From Candidatus Magasanikbacteria bacterium RIFCSPHIGHO2_01_FULL_33_34 (GTDB taxonomy: Bacteria > Patescibacteriota > Patescibacteriia > Magasanikbacterales > UBA922), in assembly GCA_001782825.1 (NCBI GenBank), contig MFPS01000008.1, positions 137,012-201,011 on the forward strand: a DNA stretch of 64,000 nucleotides, written 5' to 3'. A model generated the notes under the pieces. The model made no database searches and was not told where the DNA came from. It was given only the letters and a program-made list of their open reading frames with translations. The position numbers and the translations under genes were made by a program. Shown here piece after piece: positions 57,878-64,000 of the stretch. Within the stretch, counting starts at the first letter, position 1. Every line of letters begins with the position of its first letter.

Positions 57878-59128
57878 TTATTTATTTATTTTTGACTTAC
57901 CCATATATTTTTGCAACACTTTAGGAATTGAAACACTTCCGTCAGCTTCTTGATAATTCTCTATAATTGCTAAAGGAAATCTACTCAAAACTACGGCTGT
58001 TCCATTGAGGGTATGTACATACTCAGTTTTATTGGCATCGTTTTTAAATTTGATATTCAATCGTCTAGCTTGATAATCTGTACAATTGCTGGTACTAGTA
58101 ACTTCACCATAACCACCATTTTCCCCCTGCATTGTCATCCAAGCTTCAATATCATATTTTCTATAAGCTGGCCCACCCAAATCTCCTGTTGGTATATCAA
58201 TAACACGATAATGCAAATCCAAACCATTACATATTTCTTTTTCAATTTCTAACAATTCTTGATGCATAGATTCACTCTGGTCTGGAGTGCAATATACAAA
58301 CATCTCAAGTTTGGTAAATTGATGAACTCTGTACAAACCTTTGTTAGTCTTGCCATATGCGCCGGCTTCAGTCCTGAAACAATGTGATATAGCAGCGTAT
58401 TTTTTGGGTCCATTGGACAAATCAATCACCTCATCAGCATGATAACCTAATAATGTAATTTCGGCAGTACCGATAAGATTGAGATCAGAATTTTCAATTT
58501 TATAGATTTGTGATTCTTCACCACGTGGACTGAATCCAGAACCATCCAAGATATCATCTTTGACCAAATCTGGAGTTTCCATCAAAATAAAATTATATTT
58601 TTCTAATATATCCATGCCATAATTTATAAGCGCTTGATTTAATCTCACTGCATCATTTTTAACAAAATAAAATTTTGAACCAGCAACTTTCACTCCCCTA
58701 TCAAAATCAATCATATCGAGATCTTCCATAATCTGATCATGAGTTTTTGGCTGAAAATTAAATTCTGGTGGATTTTTATGCTTGTGCAAAACCACAAATT
58801 TATCCTCTGATCCGACTGGAGACTGTGGGTGGCTCAAATTAGGCACTTTGCACAACAAATCATAATACTCTTCATCAATTTCTTTCAATGAAGTTTCTAG
58901 CCCTTTGATATCAATACCGACTTGTTTCATTTCTTTTATTTCATCTTCAGTTGGTTTTACTTTTGATACAGCATTTCTTTTGGCGCGCATTTCATCTATA
59001 TTATTTAAAATTACTTTTCTTTTTTCATCCAATTCCAACAATTTATCAATATCAACTTTTATATTTCTATTAATATTATTTTCTTTGACTAACTTACTAT
59101 TCTCTCGAATAAATTTTATATCCAACAT
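57878..59128 (-). CDS. serS: Seryl-tRNA synthetase
   Basis: N-terminal coiled-coil arm, class II motifs (FRTEAG, GLYRVHQF, GTAVVLSR). Confidence 0.95.
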   Translation of the reverse strand: MLDIKFIRENSKLVKENNINRNIKVDIDKLLELDEKRKVILNNIDEMRAKRNAVSKVKPTEDEIKEMKQVGIDIKGLETSLKEIDEEYYDLLCKVPNLSHPQSPVGSEDKFVVLHKHKNPPEFNFQPKTHDQIMEDLDMIDFDRGVKVAGSKFYFVKNDAVRLNQALINYGMDILEKYNFILMETPDLVKDDILDGSGFSPRGEESQIYKIENSDLNLIGTAEITLLGYHADEVIDLSNGPKKYAAISHCFRTEAGAYGKTNKGLYRVHQFTKLEMFVYCTPDQSESMHQELLEIEKEICNGLDLHYRVIDIPTGDLGGPAYRKYDIEAWMTMQGENGGYGEVTSTSNCTDYQARRLNIKFKNDANKTEYVHTLNGTAVVLSRFPLAIIENYQEADGSVSIPKVLQKYMGKSKINK

Positions 59129-59131
59129 ATA

Positions 59132-60166
59132 TTATAAATTATGACTTTTAGCTAAACTTTTAATTTTATTTAATATTTTTTTATAGATGATGTCATTTGC
59201 CAGTATCAAATCATGATTCAAAAAATCATCCAAATCAAAAAACTTCAAATCCACTACTTCTTGATCATTGAATTTGCCATCTCCACCAACAATTTTACAC
59301 AAATACGGTATCAAACAAACTTGATAATTTCTATCTGGCCTGTCCTCTACATGTATATAGTCTAGAGATGAAACAATTTCTATATCATAACCAGATTCTT
59401 CTTTTGTTTCTCTAATTAAGTTTTCTTCAATCGTTTCACCCATCTCCAATGAGCCACCCGGAAATTCCCATTTTTTGTGATATTCAGGATTATGTGGATC
59501 ATTGCGCAATGTAGACATAATTTTGCCATCTTTTATTATGATACCTAATGGCACTACTACATTACGAGAAGTATACATATGTTGCAAATACGACGCTATT
59601 TTATACAAAGCCTTGCCTCTGTGACTGACAGAATTTTTTTCTTGCAATGTCATTTCAGCATAAACTTTTTTCATATCAGAGATATAAAAAATTGGATTAT
59701 AAGCATAATTATTAATCCCGCCAACAAATGGTTTTTGCAAGATCTCGCCTCTAGTTTCACCACTTGTAGCGAATATATTTTTAGTTTGAGGATCATATAC
59801 AACCAAACTCACCTTAAATGAGGCTAATCGATTGTTTTTATCTTGAAGCTTGTCTAGTACCATCGCTACTCTTTTTTCATCTGTATCAGCAATTCTAGCG
59901 CTTTTAACACCTGGCCAGCCATCAAGCGCATCTAGAAAAAGACCACCATCATCAGCAATAGAAACAAGACCAGTTTTTTCTCCATAATATTTGGCTTTTA
60001 GTATGGCATTACCCAGTAAAGTTTCTTCTGTTTCTTCTGGATCTACAAATTTTTCTTCCAATTCATTTACACTTAAAAATTCAAATGGCAAATCTTCCAA
60101 AAATTTTTTCATCTCTTCAAACTTTCCTTTGTTTGTTGTAGCAATCAAAATTTTTTTACTGATCAT
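59132..60166 (-). CDS. Fusion protein: Ham1/RdgB-type non-canonical NTP pyrophosphatase (N) + NUDIX hydrolase (C)
   Basis: N-term ILIATTNKGKFEE ... SHRGKA (ITPase motifs); C-term NUDIX box GGSLEMGETIEENLIRETKEESGY. Confidence 0.8.
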   Translation of the reverse strand: MISKKILIATTNKGKFEEMKKFLEDLPFEFLSVNELEEKFVDPEETEETLLGNAILKAKYYGEKTGLVSIADDGGLFLDALDGWPGVKSARIADTDEKRVAMVLDKLQDKNNRLASFKVSLVVYDPQTKNIFATSGETRGEILQKPFVGGINNYAYNPIFYISDMKKVYAEMTLQEKNSVSHRGKALYKIASYLQHMYTSRNVVVPLGIIIKDGKIMSTLRNDPHNPEYHKKWEFPGGSLEMGETIEENLIRETKEESGYDIEIVSSLDYIHVEDRPDRNYQVCLIPYLCKIVGGDGKFNDQEVVDLKFFDLDDFLNHDLILANDIIYKKILNKIKSLAKSHNL

Positions 60167-60600
60167 ACAAACTTATTTAAGTATTTTTTTATTTTGCTGG
60201 ACTTATAAACTTTTTCCTTATAAGCCTTGGCTCTTATAATCTTGGTTATCAAATTATTTTCGGCTATATAGGCATCCAATTTATCAATAAAAGCTGATTG
60301 ATCATAACCCAAGACAATCATATCTGGATTTATTTTTTTTATAATCTTGTAAACATCTTTTTTATCTCCTAGATATACCTCATCTATATATTTGATTTGT
60401 TCTAGCATCTTTTTTCTGTCCTGTTCACTATGAAATGGTTTGGAACCTTTCAATTTTACTATAGTATTATCACGCGCTATCACAACAATTACACTATCAC
60501 CTTTACTTTTAGCAAATTCAAAAAAATGAAAGTGACCCGCATGTAAAAAGTCAAAAGATCCAAATATTAATACTTTCTTTTTTTTGGATCTCTGTGTCAT
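60163..60600 (-). CDS. Cytidylyltransferase-like nucleotidyltransferase (HxGH motif; archaeal-type FAD synthetase RibL-like)
   Basis: FGSFDFLHAGH nucleotide-binding motif, 145 aa. Confidence 0.5.
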   Translation of the reverse strand: MTQRSKKKKVLIFGSFDFLHAGHFHFFEFAKSKGDSVIVVIARDNTIVKLKGSKPFHSEQDRKKMLEQIKYIDEVYLGDKKDVYKIIKKINPDMIVLGYDQSAFIDKLDAYIAENNLITKIIRAKAYKEKVYKSSKIKKYLNKFV

Positions 60601-60601
60601 A

Positions 60602-62080
60602 TTAATCGTGTAATTCTGGCTTCATCAATGGGAATAATTGACATTCTCTCAATGGCTTGTCCATCATAAAAGCAAAAAGTCTTTCACCAAAACCAAATCC
60701 ACAAGTAGGTGGCATGCCGTGCTCTAACATCTCTACGAATTCCCAATCTGCCATCATAGCTTCTTCATCACCAGTTTCAATTAATTCTCGTTGTTTTTCA
60801 AATCTTTCTCTTTGTTCGACTGGGTCATTTAATTCAGAGAAACCATTCCCAACTTCACTACCAGCTATAATAATCTGGAATCTTTCAGTCAGTAATGGAT
60901 TTTCAGGTTTTTGTTTGGATAAAGGTGAAACTAATTTTGGATGATTTACCAAAAAAGCTGGCCCTGACATATTTTTTCTACAGTATTTCCACAATGTATC
61001 AGTCAACCTCTCACGATTATCACCTTCATATCTTACATTCAATTTTTTTAAAGTATTTTTCATTTCATCTTCAGTCGCTTCAAGTATATTTACTCCAGTT
61101 TGTTTTTTTACCTCTTCTGTATAATCAATTTCAGGCCATTCATCTGCCAAATCATATTCAAAACCTTTGGTAGTAAATTTTGTTGTTCCAAACACTTCCA
61201 TAGCGATTTTACGATACAACTCTTGGACCAAAGCCATACCATCTTTGTAATTCTTGTACGCCCAATAGAATTCCATATTAGTAAATTCTTGCAAATGTTC
61301 AGGACTGGATCCTTCATTGCGAAAAACCCGACCAATTTCAAAAGTTTTTTCATATCCAGCCGCCATTAATCTTTTTTGCCACAATTCTCCAATAGAAATC
61401 CTCAAATACACATCCATATCATAATCTCTGTGATAAGTTTTGAATGGATTTGCTTCAGCTCCACCAGTAGTCACTTCCAAATATGGCGTTTCTACTTCAA
61501 AAAACCCTTTATCTTTCATAAAAGACCTAGTAACATCCCAGAACTTTGATTTTTTGTAAAAGACCTCTCTCAAATCAGGATTCAAGAGCAAATCCAAATA
61601 TCTTTTTCTATAGCGCAACTCTTCATTTTGCAAACCATGAAACTTGTCTGGCAATGGAAGCAATGCTTTACTGAGCAATGACCACTCACTCACCAATACA
61701 GACTGTTCACCTTTGTGTGTAACAAATCTAGCTCCTTTTACAGAAATAATATCCGCTAAATCAATTTTTTTGGTAAACAATTTATAACTTTCTTCTCCAA
61801 TATCATCTTTTTTGAAAACGATTTGCATTCTAGCGCTTTCATCTTGCAAATGACAAAAAGTAAGTTTGCCCATATCTCTTTTCATCATTATTCTGCCAAC
61901 AATTTGCACACTCTCACCTTCATTTTTTTTGAGCGCTTCTGCTATTTTTTCTTTTCTATCGGCACTAGCTGGGTATGGATTTATATTAGCACTACGTAAC
62001 TCAGATAATTTTTTAAGCCGTACTTCTCTTTCATCATTTATATTAACTTCAGTTACATTTTTTTTATTTATATTTTCCAT
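60602..62080 (-). CDS. lysS: Lysyl-tRNA synthetase, class II
   Basis: N-terminal OB-fold, motif 2 FRNEG, motif 3 region GFGFGERL; 492 aa. Confidence 0.95.
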   Translation of the reverse strand: MENINKKNVTEVNINDEREVRLKKLSELRSANINPYPASADRKEKIAEALKKNEGESVQIVGRIMMKRDMGKLTFCHLQDESARMQIVFKKDDIGEESYKLFTKKIDLADIISVKGARFVTHKGEQSVLVSEWSLLSKALLPLPDKFHGLQNEELRYRKRYLDLLLNPDLREVFYKKSKFWDVTRSFMKDKGFFEVETPYLEVTTGGAEANPFKTYHRDYDMDVYLRISIGELWQKRLMAAGYEKTFEIGRVFRNEGSSPEHLQEFTNMEFYWAYKNYKDGMALVQELYRKIAMEVFGTTKFTTKGFEYDLADEWPEIDYTEEVKKQTGVNILEATEDEMKNTLKKLNVRYEGDNRERLTDTLWKYCRKNMSGPAFLVNHPKLVSPLSKQKPENPLLTERFQIIIAGSEVGNGFSELNDPVEQRERFEKQRELIETGDEEAMMADWEFVEMLEHGMPPTCGFGFGERLFAFMMDKPLRECQLFPLMKPELHD

Positions 62081-62090
62081 ACATCAAAAT

Positions 62091-62561
62091 TTAATTAATG
62101 CTAATAATCGTATAGGTTTGAATACCAGATGGCACATGTACATCTACTTTGTCCCCCTTTTTTTTACCCATAAAGGCCTCTCCCAATGGAGACTCATTGG
62201 AGATTTTTCTGGCTAGTGGATCAGCTTCTTGCGCTCCGACTATAGTATATTCACGAACTTGACCATTGATTTTTACTTCAATTTTAGAACCAATACTCAC
62301 AAAATCACTAGATTTTTTTTCTTTTGAAACTATCTCAGAATTATCCAAAATATGATTAATTTCTTTGGCTCTACTCTGGGCCCAAGCCATCTCTTCACGA
62401 GCCGCATGATACTCGGCATTTTCAGACAAATCCCCCATTTGCTTGGCCATGTCAATTTTTTTTGCAATCGCTGGAATTACTTCATTTTTGATATCAGCAA
62501 GCTCTTTGGTCAATGAATCAAACTTTTCTTGACTCAAATATGTCATTTTTTCATCCGTCAT
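62091..62561 (-). CDS. greA: Transcription elongation factor GreA
   Basis: N-terminal coiled coil with acidic tip, C-terminal FKBP-like domain; 156 aa. Confidence 0.9.
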   Translation of the reverse strand: MTDEKMTYLSQEKFDSLTKELADIKNEVIPAIAKKIDMAKQMGDLSENAEYHAAREEMAWAQSRAKEINHILDNSEIVSKEKKSSDFVSIGSKIEVKINGQVREYTIVGAQEADPLARKISNESPLGEAFMGKKKGDKVDVHVPSGIQTYTIISIN

Positions 62562-62718
62562 ATATAATTATTAATTTATCTATTTCAATACATTATCGTT
62601 TAAATTGAAAACAAGCCCGATAAACGGGATGAATCTAGTATAGCAAATGGGTAAAAAATTGTCTATAGATTATTATTTTATATAACTTTACGTAATATTC
62701 GTAATTTTTTACCAATTT

Positions 62719-63441
62719 TTAACTTGAAAATAGCAAGAATTTAATTCCTATCAAAAATAGAAAAATCGCTATTACTATTCTAAATTTATTTTGAGGTATG
62801 CGATCAACAAGTTTTTTTGCCAACCATGCTCCAATAAAGGAAGCTGGAATAAATAACAAGAATCCCCAAAAAAATTGCCATTCTAAAATCACATTGTTTA
62901 ATAGATATGTGATTATTCGTGTAGAATCAATAAAAAGCGCAATCGCTCCGGCTGTTGAGATATATACTGCTTTTGGTAAATCAAAGGCTGAAAGAAAAAC
63001 TCCTCGAATTGCTCCACCAACACCAAAAATACCTGCAAAAAATCCTGATAAAACACCTCCACTTAATGCGTTTAGTGTCCCATTTGGTATTTTGAATTTT
63101 GGTTTGAGAAATAAAAATAAAACATAAGCGATTAAAAATCCTCCCAAAATTTGTGAAATGAGTTTTTCAGATATTGAAAATATGATACTTGCTCCTAAAT
63201 AACTGGCAACCATTCCTGCAATTCCAAAAGTAAGTATAAGTTTCCAATTAAATCCTTTTTTAAAAAATAATATTTTCCAAATATCACCAAACCAATGAAT
63301 AATACCCACCAATAAAAGTGTTTGTGGTAATGGTAAATAAAATAAAAGAACCGGTACCATGATGGTTGATGTACCAAAACCAGTGAATGTACCCACGGCA
63401 CTGGCAAAGACTGCGAGTAATGAGATATATAATATTTCCAT
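62719..63441 (-). CDS. TauE/SafE-family (DUF81) membrane transporter
   Basis: Two repeated 4-TM halves, Gly-rich helices (GGVLSGFFAGIFGVGGA). Confidence 0.8.
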   Translation of the reverse strand: MEILYISLLAVFASAVGTFTGFGTSTIMVPVLLFYLPLPQTLLLVGIIHWFGDIWKILFFKKGFNWKLILTFGIAGMVASYLGASIIFSISEKLISQILGGFLIAYVLFLFLKPKFKIPNGTLNALSGGVLSGFFAGIFGVGGAIRGVFLSAFDLPKAVYISTAGAIALFIDSTRIITYLLNNVILEWQFFWGFLLFIPASFIGAWLAKKLVDRIPQNKFRIVIAIFLFLIGIKFLLFSS

Positions 63442-63537
63442 GCTTTAAATAAATAATCTAATAATGGCGACACCAGCAATGATTGCCCAAAAAATATTTA
63501 AAACTCCGGGTTGATAGACTAGATAGTAAGAACCCTA

Positions 63538-64000
63538 CTATTTATATTCGGCAATGATTATTTTCTTTTGTTGCATCATGATCTTGAATGCATCTGGCTT
63601 CTTCATGAGATCTTCTATATTGTATGGTGCGACTTGCCAGCTTACACCATATTTGTCTTTGAGCCAACCACAAACACTCTCTTGCCCACCTTCCGCCGTG
63701 AGTTTCTCCCAGTAGTAATCAATCTCTTCCTGGTCTTTACAGCTGATTGAAAGCGACACTCCCTCGTTAAAGACAAACTTGTGCGGTCCTGCGCTTTCCT
63801 GCGCGATAAATTCCCGCCCACACAGTTTAAAAAGCGCGTGCGCGATATTGCCGTCTTTTTCGCCGGGCTGGTTCTCGTAGCGGAAAATACTTTCTATCTT
63901 TGAGTCTGGAAAGACTGAAGTGTAAAACTTCATGGCTTCTTCCGCCCGACCGACATTTTCTTTGGTGAACATGAGCCCTGGGGTTATGGGTCCGGCAGGT
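63538..64000 (-). CDS. PhnB-like / 3-demethylubiquinone-9 3-methyltransferase-domain (VOC-fold) protein; reading frame open to window edge, likely 5'-partial; GC-rich relative to rest of window
   Basis: CGWLKDKYGVSWQV motif typical of PhnB-like family; upstream in-frame codons (PITPGLMF) resemble the family N-terminus (IxPYLxF); GC about 50% vs about 30% elsewhere. Confidence 0.6.
   Translation of the reverse strand, partial: PAGPITPGLMFTKENVGRAEEAMKFYTSVFPDSKIESIFRYENQPGEKDGNIAHALFKLCGREFIAQESAGPHKFVFNEGVSLSISCKDQEEIDYYWEKLTAEGGQESVCGWLKDKYGVSWQVAPYNIEDLMKKPDAFKIMMQQKKIIIAEYK

Noticed and set aside
60657-62216. Several plus-strand ORFs antisense to lysS
   Set aside because: Shadow ORFs; lysS motifs unambiguous on minus strand
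63195-63479. 94-aa minus-strand ORF overlapping the TauE gene start
   Set aside because: Out-of-frame overlap with a well-supported membrane protein; Tyr/Phe-rich AT-codon artefact
1-64000. tRNA, rRNA and CRISPR arrays
   Set aside because: Scanned all intergenic regions over 70 bp; no cloverleaf-compatible T-arm motifs, no rRNA-like conserved blocks, no regularly spaced direct repeats

Overview
The window is AT-rich (about 30% GC by eye), gene-dense, mostly co-directional and free of rRNA, tRNA and CRISPR. Conserved motifs in the supplied translations make most calls straightforward.

Genes in order:
- A copper P1B-ATPase (copA).
- A compact nucleotide-excision-repair locus with uvrB, uvrA and a short uvrC, interrupted by a kinase-fold gene and a secreted Fn3-like gene.
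- A PAS histidine kinase with two receiver-only response regulators.
- A type IV pilus locus: PilB and PilC, four canonical prepilins, a 699-aa giant pilin-like protein carrying a duplicated Cys-rich module, a PilX-like protein and PilM. It is followed by a third CheY-like regulator and two CPYC glutaredoxins.
- A MacAB-like tripartite ABC exporter (HlyD-family adaptor, ATPase, FtsX-like permease), followed directly by three tandem paralogous secreted S1B (trypsin/V8-like) serine proteases.
- An energy module: AMP-forming acetyl-CoA-synthetase-like enzyme and a two-subunit 2-oxoacid:ferredoxin oxidoreductase.
- CcdA, a DnaQ-like exonuclease and an FNR-like reductase.
- An Rrf2-regulated Fe-S assembly cluster: NifS/IscS-like desulfurase, SufB, SufS, SufU, SufC, a membrane CPHC thioredoxin-like protein, SufT and a ferredoxin.
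- A NUDIX hydrolase and clpB with a CIRCE-like operator.
- Housekeeping genes: a WecG/TagA-family transferase, TrmH-family methyltransferase, gltX, an M23 peptidase, a lone xerC/D-type recombinase, an FtsQ-like gene, a FemAB-like gene, a DegT aminotransferase, a membrane-anchored MurF, serS, an RdgB-NUDIX fusion, lysS, greA, a TauE/SafE transporter, and a GC-rich PhnB-like gene at the window edge.

Gene content and architecture (compact Uvr proteins, a T4P locus without secretin or PilT in the window, fermentative OFOR plus Acs) point to a reduced-genome, possibly episymbiotic CPR/Patescibacteria-like bacterium; this is inference.

Most notable candidates:
- The giant Cys-rich-repeat pilin inside the T4P locus.
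- The MacAB-plus-three-protease locus.
- A 29-aa, 8-Cys small ORF with its own terminator.
- A roughly 150-bp GC-rich palindromic MITE-like element.
- A UvrA that appears to lack the insertion domain.
- Two fusion proteins: RdgB-NUDIX and a membrane-anchored MurF.
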